Below, in pieces: positions 9,647 to 20,482 of a DNA stretch of 64,000 nt (within the stretch, counting starts at the first letter, position 1; every line of letters begins with the position of its first letter). This DNA comes from a bacterium. GTDB lineage: Bacteria; Patescibacteriota; Minisyncoccia; Phycocordibacterales; UBA2100. Location: positions 26,688 to 90,687 of the forward strand of contig JAJXVV010000001.1 of NCBI GenBank assembly GCA_021781955.1. Direction: 5' to 3'. Position numbers and translations under genes: made by a program. The notes under the pieces were generated by a model, which made no database searches, was not told where the DNA came from, and saw only the letters and a program-made list of their open reading frames with translations.

Positions 9647-11788
9647 CTATTTGCGGCTCGCAACGATCTCCTCCTGCACGTTGCGCGGCACAACCGCGTA
9701 GTGGCTGAACTCGAGGTTCGGCACGCCGCGACCCTCGGTGAGGGAACGCAGTTGCGTAGTGAAGCCGAAGAGCTCCGAGAGCGGTACCTTGGCGGTGATG
9801 ACGCGTGCCTGGCCGCGCTCGCCCATCGCCTCGATGCTTCCGCGCTTGGCGTTTATCATGCCGGTTACGTCGCCCATGAACTTCTCCGGCGTGACAACCT
9901 CGAGCTTCATGATCGGCTCGAGAATGACCGGTTTCGCTTTCTGCATCGCGTCCTGGAACGCGTTGAGCGCGGCGAGCTTGAATGCTATTTCGGACGAATC
10001 GACGTCGTGGTAGGAGCCGTCGTACAGGTCGACCGAGATGTCGACGACCGGGAAACCGGCCAGGACGCCGCGGTCCATCGCTTCCTTGAGTCCTTTCTTG
10101 ATAGCCGGAATGTACTCCTGCGGAATGACGCCTCCCTTGATATTGTTGACGAACTCGAAGTGGTCCTCGCGGTCGACGTTATTCTTGATCTTCCCGCCCT
10201 CGACGACCGGCTCGAGTGGCTTCACGCGGATCTTCACGTGGCCGTACTGGCCGCGGCCGCCCGTCTGCTTGATGTGCTTGTACTCCACGTCGGACGTGCC
10301 CTGGATGGTCTCGCGGTACGCGACCTGCGGCTTGCCGGTCGAGGCCTCGACGTTGAACTCGCGCTTCATGCGGTCGACGAGGATCTCGAGGTGCAGCTCG
10401 CCCATGCCGGAGATGATCGTCTCGCCGGTCTCCGGATCTGACTTGACGCGGAAGGTCGGGTCCTCGTCGGAGAGGCGCGAGAGCGCGATACCCATCTTCT
10501 CCTGATCGGCCTTGGTCTTCGGTTCGATGCGCATCGACACGACCGGTTCCGGAAAGACGATGCTTTCGAGCGCGATGGGATGTTCCTGATCGCAGACGGT
10601 CTGACCGATCTTGACCTCTTTCATGCCGACGAACGCGGCGATCTCGCCCGCGTAGACGGTCTTCACGTCCTCGCGCTTATCGGCCTGCAATCGCACGATG
10701 CGGCCGACGCGCTCTTTCTTGTTGTTCGCGGAATTGTACGCGGTCTGCCCCGCCTCGAAGGTGCCTGAGTAGACTCGGAAGAACGAGAGCGAACCGACGA
10801 ACGGGTCCACCTGCAGCTTGAACACGAGCGCCGCGAAAGGTTCTGCGTCGGAAGCGTGGCGCTCTTCCTGCGCGCCGGTGTCGGTATTGATGCCTTTGGC
10901 GGGCGGGAGGTCGAGCGGGCTCGGCAAATAGTCGACGACTGCGTCGAGGACGAGTTGCACGCCCTTGTTTTTGAGCGAAGAGCCCGTGAGCACCGGGAAG
11001 ATCTGGTTGGCGATGACGCCTTTGCGGAGCGTTTTCTTGAGCGTGTCGAGCGGGATCTCCTTGCCCTCGAGGTAGTCGTTCATGACCGCGTCGTCCGCCT
11101 CGACGATGCGCTCGACGAGTTCGTGGCGGTACTTCTCGGCATCGGCCTTGTACTCATCAGGGATATCGTAGGCTCTCACCTCTTTGCCCATCTCGCCCTC
11201 GAACTTGTACGCCTTCATGGTGAGGAGGTCGATAACCCCCTCGAACCGGTCCTCCGCGCCCATCGGTATCTGCAGGCGCACCGCTTTCGTGGAAAGACGG
11301 TCGAGGATGGAGGCGTACGATTTCTCAAAGGACGCGCCCGTGCGGTCGAGCTTATTGATGTAGCAGATGCGCGGCACCTCCGCCTCTTCGGCGTAGCGCC
11401 AGTTGGTCTCACTTTGCGGCTCGACGCCCGCGACGCCGTCAAAGACGACGACCGCGCCGTCGAGAACGCGCATGGAACGCTTCACCTCTGAGGTAAAGTC
11501 GATGTGCCCCGGGGTGTCGATGATGTTGAAGCGGTGCTTGAAGCTCGTGTCGGCACCCATGTACGAAGGGTTCCAGAAACACGTAATTGCGGCGGCCGTG
11601 ATGGTGATGCCGCGCTCGCGCTCCTGCTCCATCCAGTCGGTCACGGTGTCGCCCTCGTGGACCTCGCCGATCTTGTGCGACATGCCGGTGTAGTAGAGGA
11701 TGCGCTCCGAGGTGGTCGTCTTGCCGGCATCGACGTGCGCGACGATGCCGAAGTTGCGGACTTTCTCCAATGGGTAATCCCGTGACAT
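9647..11788 (-). CDS. fusA: Elongation factor G
   Basis: [30 protein letters not shown]. Confidence 0.99.
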   Translation of the reverse strand: MSRDYPLEKVRNFGIVAHVDAGKTTTSERILYYTGMSHKIGEVHEGDTVTDWMEQERERGITITAAAITCFWNPSYMGADTSFKHRFNIIDTPGHIDFTSEVKRSMRVLDGAVVVFDGVAGVEPQSETNWRYAEEAEVPRICYINKLDRTGASFEKSYASILDRLSTKAVRLQIPMGAEDRFEGVIDLLTMKAYKFEGEMGKEVRAYDIPDEYKADAEKYRHELVERIVEADDAVMNDYLEGKEIPLDTLKKTLRKGVIANQIFPVLTGSSLKNKGVQLVLDAVVDYLPSPLDLPPAKGINTDTGAQEERHASDAEPFAALVFKLQVDPFVGSLSFFRVYSGTFEAGQTAYNSANNKKERVGRIVRLQADKREDVKTVYAGEIAAFVGMKEVKIGQTVCDQEHPIALESIVFPEPVVSMRIEPKTKADQEKMGIALSRLSDEDPTFRVKSDPETGETIISGMGELHLEILVDRMKREFNVEASTGKPQVAYRETIQGTSDVEYKHIKQTGGRGQYGHVKIRVKPLEPVVEGGKIKNNVDREDHFEFVNNIKGGVIPQEYIPAIKKGLKEAMDRGVLAGFPVVDISVDLYDGSYHDVDSSEIAFKLAALNAFQDAMQKAKPVILEPIMKLEVVTPEKFMGDVTGMINAKRGSIEAMGERGQARVITAKVPLSELFGFTTQLRSLTEGRGVPNLEFSHYAVVPRNVQEEIVASRK

Positions 11789-11888
11789 GTGATGGGTATA
11801 GGTTACTTACAAAATAATCCGCCTGCTGGCGGATAAGCCCTGCGGCGATGCGCACAATGTAACGGAAAGTGAACGGATGTGCAACCGC

Positions 11889-12608
11889 TCACGACCTCGC
11901 AGCTCGCTTGCGGCGCGCGTGCCAGAGCGCGTCGGGGAAGAGCCTCTCCTGCATTGCGTCGCCGGCGAGCCCGAGCAAAATGAGCGCCACCGAGAAAAGG
12001 CACCACACTGCGGGCCATTCTTGCGGATTCTGTGTCGTCGCGTACGCGAGCACCGGCCCTACGAGCGCGAAGAGCACGCCGCGCCATGCGCCGTAGAAGA
12101 GCGGTAACACGAAGACCGCGAGCGCGTAGTAAATGAAGAGATCGCCGGGCAAGGGCGAGTTGAAGAGCGGGACGCTCCACGCGATATGCCACGTACCGCG
12201 TACCGTGCACCACACCGGTCCGCAGAGCGTCTGTCCGATCGTGCACATGGTCCCCGGTATGAGCGGTATCGCCTTGACGAGCATGAGGAACGAGAAGACG
12301 GTCGCGGCCGCGTAGATGATGCGCTTCGTCGCCGCCCGTATCCGCGAACCGCGTGAATAAATGTAAAGCATGTTGAAAAATATCGGCTGGAACGCGATAT
12401 GCACGTAACTCAGCATCGTGATGTATTGATTGACGGGCAGATCGCACTGATCGATGTGCTGGTAGCCGAAGAATTGCAGGAACTCCATCAGCGAGAAGTA
12501 CACCAGCGGCGCAACGAGGCCTTTCGTCCCCTCTTTGCGCGCGAGGCACACGGCGGTCGCGACACCTGCGACCCCGAGCGTGACCGATGCCTCGGGCGAC
12601 CAACACAT
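11889..12608 (-). CDS. Integral membrane protein (DUF5765-like)
   Basis: MCWSPEAS start, MEFLQ, HIAFQP, WPAVWC; multiple TMs. Confidence 0.7.
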   Translation of the reverse strand: MCWSPEASVTLGVAGVATAVCLARKEGTKGLVAPLVYFSLMEFLQFFGYQHIDQCDLPVNQYITMLSYVHIAFQPIFFNMLYIYSRGSRIRAATKRIIYAAATVFSFLMLVKAIPLIPGTMCTIGQTLCGPVWCTVRGTWHIAWSVPLFNSPLPGDLFIYYALAVFVLPLFYGAWRGVLFALVGPVLAYATTQNPQEWPAVWCLFSVALILLGLAGDAMQERLFPDALWHARRKRAARS

Positions 12609-12663
12609 ACGCGGTGGATTATACCGCCATTCGAAAAAGTCGGGGACGTAAGGATACTGCGGG

Positions 12664-13767
12664 TCAGAACACCGCGGTGAGCGGCGAACCCAAACCGGTT
12701 ACGTAATCATAATGTTTGCGCGCCGTGCAGAGGTAACCGCATGCACCATTTGCGCCAGAGGTAATGTCGCGAAAGTACGACGCCACACTCCCGCTGGATT
12801 TGTCCGCATAGAGCCGCGCGATCGTGACACCTCCCCCAAGCGCGGCGATTGCCGCCCATTGCGGTGAGCCCGCCGATGTGCCACCCACCTTCTTCCACGT
12901 GCCGAGCCGATAGACGGGAAAACCAGACGATGGATCGGCGTCGTACGACACGTCCGGTATGGCGCGCATGCCGCCCGCCTTCGGTATCGAGTAGTCGGAC
13001 TGGAACGATGGCTCTTGTTCATAGGCCGAAATACCGCCGCCAGAGCCGCTCCATGCGGTTTCAGACAAGAACGAGCCGCCCGACGCGAGCGACACGTGCG
13101 TGCCGCCGACGCCGATGACTTCGGGCGACGCGGCTGGCCACGACGCGCCGGTGCCGTCGTCGCCGGAGGAGGCGAAGAATACTGCGCCCGAGACGCTCTT
13201 GAAATGCGGGTCGAGCGAGGTTTCCTCCGGAAACTCCGCGCCGCCCCAGCTCATCGAGACCGAAACAACGCCTTTGCGCGAAGCGGCATAATCGACCGCC
13301 TTGAGAAGATTCGCCCCGGAAGGATTCGTCGCTTCGACGAGGAGGATCTTCGCCTGCGGCGCGATGGCGTGCGCCCACTCAACGTCGAGCGAGACTTCCA
13401 TCGCCCAACCGCCGCTCCCAGACATTTTGGAGCTCATCTTATGCTTCTCAAAGCAGCCGTTTCCGCTCGTGCACGCGGGCAGACCGAACTGCTTGCTGAA
13501 CACGGCGAGATCTCTTTCGATCGATGCGTCGTCGTACGCACCGATGATGGCTATGGTGCCCGCACCGCCGTTTCCCGGGAGATGGTACACTTTCTTTATC
13601 TCGTCCGGCGTCATTCCTTGTGGCGTTCTCGACGCCTTTCCGTACAAATGTATCGGCGGCTTCCCCTGATATTTCGAAAAATGGTACGAGGCGTCCGCTG
13701 CGAGCGGAGCGAACGTAAATGCTAAAACAGCGAACGCCGCGCATCCTTGCGCGAGACGTGACCCCAT
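12664..13767 (-). CDS. Secreted S53/S8 (sedolisin-like) serine peptidase
   Basis: EVSLDVEW, ASSGDDG, GGTSAGSP, YDYVTGLGSP; start MGSRLAQ inferred. Confidence 0.9.
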   Translation of the reverse strand: MGSRLAQGCAAFAVLAFTFAPLAADASYHFSKYQGKPPIHLYGKASRTPQGMTPDEIKKVYHLPGNGGAGTIAIIGAYDDASIERDLAVFSKQFGLPACTSGNGCFEKHKMSSKMSGSGGWAMEVSLDVEWAHAIAPQAKILLVEATNPSGANLLKAVDYAASRKGVVSVSMSWGGAEFPEETSLDPHFKSVSGAVFFASSGDDGTGASWPAASPEVIGVGGTHVSLASGGSFLSETAWSGSGGGISAYEQEPSFQSDYSIPKAGGMRAIPDVSYDADPSSGFPVYRLGTWKKVGGTSAGSPQWAAIAALGGGVTIARLYADKSSGSVASYFRDITSGANGACGYLCTARKHYDYVTGLGSPLTAVF

Positions 13768-13848
13768 ATAAAGAAGAGTATAGCAGCGCGGCGCCCGGCC
13801 TGAAGGCCGGGCGCCGCTTGTCTGTGTACTACTCAATGAGCAGCAACG

Positions 13849-14133
13849 TCATTTCTGCAGGGACGCGCCGAGCACCTTCTGTGCAAGTTCGGCGAGCGCC
13901 GGAGGCATCTTGGCCGGATCCAGCGTGCCGGTCGTGAGCTTGAGCACATCTGTCTTGCTCAAACGCCCGTCGGCGAGCATCTGCTGAATCTCACTCGCAA
14001 ACTGGGCGAGCTGGTCTTGCGTGATGCCACGCGCTTCAAGCTCCTTTTGCACCGTCTGCGGATCAATGCCGCCGAGCGCCTGCCCCGCCCCGGGCACCGC
14101 GCGCGCCTTGCTGAAGAATTTTGAGAAGTTCAT
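13849..14133 (-). CDS. Hypothetical protein (94 aa)
   Basis: Clean ORF with TACAAT just upstream of the ATG. Confidence 0.65.
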   Translation of the reverse strand: MNFSKFFSKARAVPGAGQALGGIDPQTVQKELEARGITQDQLAQFASEIQQMLADGRLSKTDVLKLTTGTLDPAKMPPALAELAQKVLGASLQK

Positions 14134-14211
14134 CGCGGGATTGTATCAGGTGATGCGCTGACGACAAAAACCCGCCCTGCGGCGGGTAGTTGGTTCATGC
14201 GGGAAGCCCGA

Positions 14212-14673
14212 CTACCACGCGAAGTGCGCGAAAGCTTTGTTTGCCTCGGCCATGCGGTGGGTAGTCTCTTTCTTGGAAACGGCGGCGCCTTCGTTCTTGA
14301 TCGCGGCCTTGAGCTCGGCCAAGAGCGATTCGTTCATCGGCTTGCCCTTGGTACCCTCGGCCGCATCGACGATCCAACGCATGCCGAGCGCGAGCCGACG
14401 CTGCGGGTTGACCTCGCGCGGCACCTGGTAGTTGGCGCCGCCGACGCGGCGCGAGCGCACCTCGACGGTGGGTGACGCGTTCTCAAGCGCCTGTTCGAGG
14501 AGCGCGACCGGATCGCCGTCCTTCTTCAGATCATCCATGACCTTGTAGACGATCTTGCGAGCGGTATCCTTCTTACCGCGCTCCATCACGTAGTTGATGA
14601 GCTTCGCGACCTTGAACGAGTTGTAGATCTCGTCAGGCGAGGGTTGCTTGCGGTTTTTGACAGGGCGACGCAT
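14212..14673 (-). CDS. rpsG: 30S ribosomal protein S7
   Basis: VRSRRVGGANYQVP, HRMAEANKAFAHF. Confidence 0.99.
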   Translation of the reverse strand: MRRPVKNRKQPSPDEIYNSFKVAKLINYVMERGKKDTARKIVYKVMDDLKKDGDPVALLEQALENASPTVEVRSRRVGGANYQVPREVNPQRRLALGMRWIVDAAEGTKGKPMNESLLAELKAAIKNEGAAVSKKETTHRMAEANKAFAHFAW

Positions 14674-14681
14674 AAGAGAAA

Positions 14682-15098
14682 TTATTTGCCGCTCTTCGGC
14701 TTCTTCGCGCCATAGAGTGAACGGCCGCGGCGGCGCTTCTCGATGCCGGAGGTGTCGAGCTTGCCGCGCACGATGGTGTAGCGCAGACCGATGTCCTTCA
14801 CGCGACCGCCGCGCAAGAGCACGACCGAGTGCTCCTGAAGGTTGTGGCCTTCGCCCGGGATGTAGGCGGTGACCTCCATGCCATTCGTCAGGCGGACACG
14901 GGCGATCTTACGGATAGCCGAGTTCGGTTTGCGAGGCGTTTTCGTCGTGACACGAGTGCAGACGCCGCGCTTGAAAGGCGCCGGATAAAAGGAAGGGCGA
15001 TTCTTGAGCGTGTTGAAACCGCGCCCGAGCGCGATGGTCTTGCTGCGATAGACGCGCTTGCTGCGTCCTTTGCGCGTGAGCTGATTGATGGTAGCCAT
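14682..15098 (-). CDS. rpsL: 30S ribosomal protein S12
   Basis: [28 protein letters not shown]. Confidence 0.99.
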   Translation of the reverse strand: MATINQLTRKGRSKRVYRSKTIALGRGFNTLKNRPSFYPAPFKRGVCTRVTTKTPRKPNSAIRKIARVRLTNGMEVTAYIPGEGHNLQEHSVVLLRGGRVKDIGLRYTIVRGKLDTSGIEKRRRGRSLYGAKKPKSGK

Positions 15099-15165
15099 GT
15101 GAAAAGCGCGCACTGCGCGCCCGCACAATCTACTACCTATCGGTCCGCGATGCAAGCATCCTGCC

Positions 15166-15789
15166 CTACATCCCCGTCAATACGGAAGAAAGGCCGTACA
15201 CGAAATTGCCCCAAATCCCGCCGAAGGCGTAGATGAGGAGCACGACGACGACCATGCCGATGAACGGGTTCATCTCCATGCGCGCGCGCCACGAGTCGTA
15301 AGCGTACTGGGCCGAGCGCGGCAAAAAAGCCTCGAGAACCTTCGAACCATCGAGCGGCGGGATGGGAATGAGGTTGAAGAAGCAGAGCATGATGTTGACC
15401 ACCACAATGAGGAAGAGGAGGCTCTCGCCCCCCGCGAGCAAGCCCGTGCGGATAACGAGCCCGAAGACGATCGCGATGATGAGATTGGAGAGGGGTCCAG
15501 CACCCGCGACAATCGCCTCGCTGAAACGGCCGGGACGGAGATTGTAAGGATTGTACGGCACTGGTTTCGCATAACCAAAGAATATCGGTGAACCGGAGAG
15601 CGCGAAAAAGAGCGGGAGCAGTATCGAGCCGAAGAGATCGATGTGCGGTATCGGATTGAGCGTGAGGCGGCCGGCATAGCGCGCCGTTTTGTCGCCGAGG
15701 TAGTCGGCTGCGACCCCGTGCATCACCTCATGCACGATGGCAGAAAAGATGACGACTATCACGAGGAGCGCGGTTGATACGATTTGCAT
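15166..15789 (-). CDS. Site-2 protease family (M50) zinc metalloprotease
   Basis: [21 protein letters not shown]. Confidence 0.93.
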   Translation of the reverse strand: MQIVSTALLVIVVIFSAIVHEVMHGVAADYLGDKTARYAGRLTLNPIPHIDLFGSILLPLFFALSGSPIFFGYAKPVPYNPYNLRPGRFSEAIVAGAGPLSNLIIAIVFGLVIRTGLLAGGESLLFLIVVVNIMLCFFNLIPIPPLDGSKVLEAFLPRSAQYAYDSWRARMEMNPFIGMVVVVLLIYAFGGIWGNFVYGLSSVLTGM

Positions 15790-15823
15790 ATGAGTCCCCA
15801 CAATGGTAGCATAACGCCCTCAT

Positions 15824-16069
15824 ATGGCACGTATCTGTCAAATAACCGGCAAGAAGTCGCAGGTGGGCGGCGGGTATTCCAACCGCACCCGTGCGACCAA
15901 GTTCAATCCGACCGGCAAGCGCCGCCGCCAGGTCAATTTGCAGAAGAAGACGCTCTTTGTTCCGGAGCTCGGCCGCAAGATCACCGTCAATGTCTCTGCC
16001 AAGGGTTTGAAAACGATGAAAAAGCGTGGCGCGTACGCAACGCTCAAAGCGGCAGGTATCGTCTCCTAG
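15824..16069 (+). CDS. rpmB: 50S ribosomal protein L28
   Basis: MARICQITGK...KRRRQVNLQ...VSAKGLKT. Confidence 0.95.
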   Translation: MARICQITGKKSQVGGGYSNRTRATKFNPTGKRRRQVNLQKKTLFVPELGRKITVNVSAKGLKTMKKRGAYATLKAAGIVS

Positions 16070-16085
16070 GCTCGGTTCCCGCCCC

Positions 16086-16910
16086 TCAATGGCCTGAAAC
16101 GATCTTCCCGTCGGAAACGAATGACACGGTCCCGCCGCACGTATCGAGCGTCTCTGCGTTCGAAAACGCAGGCAACGTACTCGATGCTGCGCACGTACCG
16201 GAATAAACGACGTATTTCGGCGACACGTAGCCGAGCAGTATCGGGGAAAACGTTTTCGCTTGCGACGCGCTCACCGTGAGCACGTCGGCGCGAAGCGTGC
16301 TGCCATCAAGCGCCGCGAGATAATTTTGCACGCCCGTCGTCGCGTCGCAGGGAAAGAGGAAGGCTGTTTTTCCGTACACGAGCCGCGTTACGACGCATCC
16401 CTCCCCCGCTCCCGAAGCGAGCAGATTCCGATCAGGAAACAGGACCTCGAGCTGCGCTCCCGTGCCGAGATCAATGATTTGGCCGCGACGTGCGGTACGC
16501 ATGCTCGTGCCGCTCGCCGCAGCACCTTTCTCAAAAGAGTACCAAGGCACGCTCGAATCTTCGACGCTCGTTTGCAGCACCGTATCCACCCGATAGCGTT
16601 GCAGCACGTCGATGAGCCCGGACACGTCGCCTTTGTTCGCCGAGGTTGCGATGACGAGATCGAGCGAGCGATCCCACGGCGCCATCAGCGCGCCGAGCTG
16701 CCGCAACACGCTGCCGTCCGGCCCGCCGTCGATGAGCACTTGCCGGCCGGAGGGCATATCGATGAGTATCGCTTCGCCTTTTCCAACCGCCAAAAAAGAG
16801 ACGGTGAGCTTCCCGCCCCGATCTTCCCGCGCTATCGCATACCACAGAGCCGCCGCAAGGACCCCGAGTATCGCGACAGCGACGAGCTGCACGCGCACAC
16901 TCTTGCGCAT
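16086..16910 (-). CDS. ComEC C-terminal-type metallo-beta-lactamase-fold protein with degenerate metal motif
   Basis: FLAVGKGEAILI, VLIDGG, LDLVIAT; HxxxDH region reads SANKGD. Confidence 0.8.
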   Translation of the reverse strand: MRKSVRVQLVAVAILGVLAAALWYAIAREDRGGKLTVSFLAVGKGEAILIDMPSGRQVLIDGGPDGSVLRQLGALMAPWDRSLDLVIATSANKGDVSGLIDVLQRYRVDTVLQTSVEDSSVPWYSFEKGAAASGTSMRTARRGQIIDLGTGAQLEVLFPDRNLLASGAGEGCVVTRLVYGKTAFLFPCDATTGVQNYLAALDGSTLRADVLTVSASQAKTFSPILLGYVSPKYVVYSGTCAASSTLPAFSNAETLDTCGGTVSFVSDGKIVSGH

Positions 16911-17122
16911 CGCCTCATGGTATCATGCGCCGCACGCGGCGTTGCCGTTTAACGGCCGGCGTGCGAGCGCTTTGCTAGTGAGATCGATCAATTGGGGTCC
17001 TGAACAAGAGGCTCGATGCGAGATCGGGCCAAAGAAAGAACATTTCACTTCATTCTCTCCTCCGTTCGGAGCTAAAAGAATCCAAATCCTCTTCACGAAA
17101 GCCGGTGGTATACTCGACCCAT

Positions 17123-17719
17123 ATGCCGCACACGTATGAAGCGAAGACGTTTACCCTTCCCCCGCTCGAGGGTATATCAGATGAATCAGTGAAACAGCAC
17201 ATCGGGCTGTACGAAGGCTACGTCAAGAATTTCAATTCAATGACCGCGCTCGCGGGCGAGCTCATGAAAGAGCCCGAGAAGAACGCTTTGGCGGTCGCGG
17301 AACTTATGCGCCGCCGCTCGTTCGAGTTCGGCGGCATGCGCCTGCACGAAATCTACTTCCCGCAATTCGCGGAAGGCGCCAGAACGCTCGATGAAAACTC
17401 CGCGCTCGGTAAAGCGCTCGCCGCGCAGTATGGCAAAGCCGAGCATGCGATCGCCGAAGTGCGCGCCGTCGCCGGCTTGCGAGGTCCGGGCTGGTCGCTC
17501 CTCTACTGGGACCCTGCCGGGAAACAGTTCCTCGTCGGCTTCACCGGCGAACAGCACCAGGGTCACTTCGCGACGCTCCCCATCGTGCTCGCGCTCGACG
17601 TGTGGGAACACGCCCACCTCCTCGACTACGGCGCCGCAGGTCGTGGCAAATACGTCGACGCTTTCTTCAAAAACCTCAATTGGGGTGTGCCGGAGCAGCG
17701 ATTCGAGACGCTCGCTTGA
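17123..17719 (+). CDS. sod: Fe/Mn superoxide dismutase
   Basis: KQH..LYEGYV, RLHEIYF, LDVWEHA. Confidence 0.93.
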   Translation: MPHTYEAKTFTLPPLEGISDESVKQHIGLYEGYVKNFNSMTALAGELMKEPEKNALAVAELMRRRSFEFGGMRLHEIYFPQFAEGARTLDENSALGKALAAQYGKAEHAIAEVRAVAGLRGPGWSLLYWDPAGKQFLVGFTGEQHQGHFATLPIVLALDVWEHAHLLDYGAAGRGKYVDAFFKNLNWGVPEQRFETLA

Positions 17720-17813
17720 TGGTGAGCCGTACCAGGTATAAGCTAGGCGAGCTTCGCCGAGAGCGAGGTACTGGTTTGGCGGCTGTCGCCAAACAATGAA
17801 CGGAGGGTTTGGG

Positions 17814-18254
17814 ATGAGAGCGTTGGTTCGCGAAATACTCGATCAGTACGCAAAACGCGCGCTTGTCACGATCGGAGCTCACGAAATGCTGTTCGTCGCG
17901 GCGCAAAGAATGTGCGACGAAAAGGTGCATTCCCTCATCGTAGAGGATCGGCCGGGCCGGCCGTTCATCGGCATTTTCACTGAGCACGATTTCGTGCGTG
18001 CCGTTGCCGAAAGGAAGGGAAACGTCGCTGCCGTGCAAGTCTTCAGCTACATGACCAAAGATCTGGCGACCTGCACGAGCGATACGCTGATCGCGGACGT
18101 GAAGCGCCTCATGATGCAGCGGCGCATCAGGCATGTGCCTGTGATCGATAGCGACAAGATCGTCGCTGTCATCTCGATTGGTGACGTGACCCACTTTCAG
18201 GCCACGCTCGCCGAAGTCCACCAGGACCTGGTCGACGAGCGCATGAGGATTTGA
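17814..18254 (+). CDS. CBS-domain pair protein
   Basis: GIFTEHD, IRHVPV, ISIGDV; GGAGG SD. Confidence 0.9.
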   Translation: MRALVREILDQYAKRALVTIGAHEMLFVAAQRMCDEKVHSLIVEDRPGRPFIGIFTEHDFVRAVAERKGNVAAVQVFSYMTKDLATCTSDTLIADVKRLMMQRRIRHVPVIDSDKIVAVISIGDVTHFQATLAEVHQDLVDERMRI

Positions 18255-18281
18255 CCGACTTCCTATCGATCTTCCATCGTG

Positions 18282-18310
18282 AAGGCCGCCCTTCGGGCGG
18301 CCTTTCTCTT
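18282..18310 (+). terminator. Intrinsic terminator
   Basis: AAGGCCGCCC-TTCG-GGCGGCCTTT followed by a T-rich tail. Confidence 0.8.
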
Positions 18311-18388
18311 CTGTGGAGAAAGGGGTGGCGCCGATGAGAGTTGTGCTATGCTGTCCGTATTAGGGGTAATCAATAGGAGTCATTATTT

Positions 18389-18859
18389 ATGAAAATAGAA
18401 CGAGCCATCTTAGTAGCATTCATCGGCAACTATCTCATCAACACCGTCATCACCGGTTTGGTGTCGCTCATCCCGGCCTCGGGCGGGGCGGGACTCTTCA
18501 CGCCGCAGTACATCACGTTCGTGATCGTCGCAGCCGTCACGGTACTCTTGATCGCCCTGTGGTACGATGCGCAAGGATGGAAAGACGGCCTTGCTTTCGG
18601 CGTGATCGGTTTTTTCACTGCGGTCTTGACCGCGCTCGTGAGCGGCATCGCCGGGGTCATGGCACAGACGGGTTCTCTTTCTTCCGTCATCACCATACTC
18701 CCGAATTTCGGACCATTCCTCGCGACATGGTCGACTCTCGTCCTCGCCTGCTACTGGATTATCCCGGCAACTGCGTACGGCTGGTTCCACAACTCGAGGG
18801 CGCCGATGACTGGCGGAAAGCCTCCCATGCCGCACATGGGCTCGTTCGGTGCCAACTAA
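18389..18859 (+). CDS. Hypothetical membrane protein (about 4 TM)
   Basis: Hydrophobic segments; AGGAG SD. Confidence 0.7.
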   Translation: MKIERAILVAFIGNYLINTVITGLVSLIPASGGAGLFTPQYITFVIVAAVTVLLIALWYDAQGWKDGLAFGVIGFFTAVLTALVSGIAGVMAQTGSLSSVITILPNFGPFLATWSTLVLACYWIIPATAYGWFHNSRAPMTGGKPPMPHMGSFGAN

Positions 18860-18892
18860 GATAACCATTCGAGGTTTTTGCAAAGCGCGGCC

Positions 18893-20404
18893 TCAAGGCC
18901 GCGCTTTGCTTTCCGGCACCTTCGCGACGAACGGACGAGTGTTCACCCACAAGAGAGCGAGCGCCACGTATCCTGCAGCCATCCACCAGGCATTGAACGC
19001 CGGAACGTTCACCACGGCAAAGGGCAATGACGCGAGCGCGCTGGCGACCGCGATGATGTAGCGCAAGAGCAGGTAGGCGGGCAGCGCGAGCGCTGCGGCA
19101 TAGGTGCCGAACGCCATGCCGCCGAGCGCCGCGACGAAGGAGAAGAGCATCGCGAATGGCACCGGAAAGAGCGCGAGCAAATTCGCCGGCAGCGAGACGA
19201 GCGAGAGCGTGCCGCTCTGGTAGAGCAAGAGCGGCAACACCATGAGCTGCGTCGCCGAGGTCGAAGCGAGTATCTCACGCGCCCCGAAGCGTTCCGGCAC
19301 CCGCGCGTACCAACGGGAGAAAAGAGGCGCGAATAAGATAAGGCCGAACGTCGCGAGCGCGGAAAGCTGGAAGCTCGGATCAAAAGCGAGCGTGAACGGG
19401 TCCCACAGCACCATGAGAAAAGCCGACACCGCGAGCGCTCGCTCGCCGAGGTATACGCGGTGCGTCGCGCGCGCAAGGACCGCGACGAGCGCCATGATCC
19501 CTGCGCGCATCGCACTCCCCGTGCCGCCGGTCATAAGCATGAAAAAGACTACGATCCCGACCGATCCGCCGAACTGCGCGATCCGTGGCGCGCGCTGCAA
19601 CAGCCATGCGAAGAAGTTCAGCACGACCGTGATGTTATATCCGGACAAAACGATCATGTGCAGGAGCGAATCGCGCTGGAATACGGTGGCGAGGTCCGGT
19701 CCAATGGAACGCTTGTCGCCTACCGTGATGCCGCTCGCGAGCCCCGCTTCGGGCTCCGGGAGCACGGCGCGTATGCCCGCGACAAACGCTTCCTCGATGC
19801 CGTACACCGTAGCGATCACGGGATTGCCCGCGTTGCCATGCGTGTCGATGCGCGCGAATGAGATCGTGTACCACACGCCTTGCGCAGCGAGATACTGCGG
19901 ATAGTTGAACTGCCTGCCCAGACCGGTATCGAACGCTTGCGGCAATTCGAGCGTGCCGGACAGACCAACCAGATCGCCGTAGCGCACGAGCGCGTGCGCC
20001 GGCAGTATCGCGAGCACGCGAGCCGAGACCGGTGTCGAACTCGCGCCGCTCTTGAGCGAGCGCGCTGCCACGATGATGATCGTGCTCGTCTCGCGCGCAT
20101 CCGGTTCGCCGACGACCATGCCCTCGAGCGCGACGCTCTTGCCGATCCGCGTATTGAGCGCCCGGTCGCCGGTCACTGCAGCCGCGCGCATGCGCGCGAT
20201 GCCGCCGCCGAGCGAGAAGAGCGCGAGCGCGGCGAACACGAACGCCGAGCGTCGCTGCGCATCGAGACGACCCAGCGCGAAAAACGCGACCGAGACCGCC
20301 GCGCAAAAGGAAACGGCCGCCCATCCGAGCGGTAAAAAGGAGCGCACGAACACGCCCGCCAGAAAACCGACGATGGTCGCCCAAAAGACCCCGGACCCCG
20401 ACAT
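18893..20404 (-). CDS. comEC: ComEC/Rec2 competence channel (membrane and OB parts, no MBL domain)
   Basis: HMIVLSGYNI, SAMRAGIM, DPSFQLS, SLPANL. Confidence 0.93.
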   Translation of the reverse strand: MSGSGVFWATIVGFLAGVFVRSFLPLGWAAVSFCAAVSVAFFALGRLDAQRRSAFVFAALALFSLGGGIARMRAAAVTGDRALNTRIGKSVALEGMVVGEPDARETSTIIIVAARSLKSGASSTPVSARVLAILPAHALVRYGDLVGLSGTLELPQAFDTGLGRQFNYPQYLAAQGVWYTISFARIDTHGNAGNPVIATVYGIEEAFVAGIRAVLPEPEAGLASGITVGDKRSIGPDLATVFQRDSLLHMIVLSGYNITVVLNFFAWLLQRAPRIAQFGGSVGIVVFFMLMTGGTGSAMRAGIMALVAVLARATHRVYLGERALAVSAFLMVLWDPFTLAFDPSFQLSALATFGLILFAPLFSRWYARVPERFGAREILASTSATQLMVLPLLLYQSGTLSLVSLPANLLALFPVPFAMLFSFVAALGGMAFGTYAAALALPAYLLLRYIIAVASALASLPFAVVNVPAFNAWWMAAGYVALALLWVNTRPFVAKVPESKARP

Positions 20405-20425
20405 GCTCCTCATTGTATCGCGGCG

Positions 20426-20460
20426 AAAAGAAAAGCCGCCGGAATATCCGACGGCTCTTT
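20426..20460 (-). terminator. Intrinsic terminator after the peptide gene
   Basis: Minus strand AGCCGTCGGA-TAT-TCCGGCGGCT-TTTCTTTT. Confidence 0.8.
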
Positions 20461-20482
20461 TTATTGAGCGCGGCCGAGAATG

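Noticed and set aside
16975-17065. Strong SD (GGAGGAG, minus strand) suggesting a small gene
   Set aside because: Followed by ATG-AAG-TGA; the alternative 22-41 aa frames have no supporting features.
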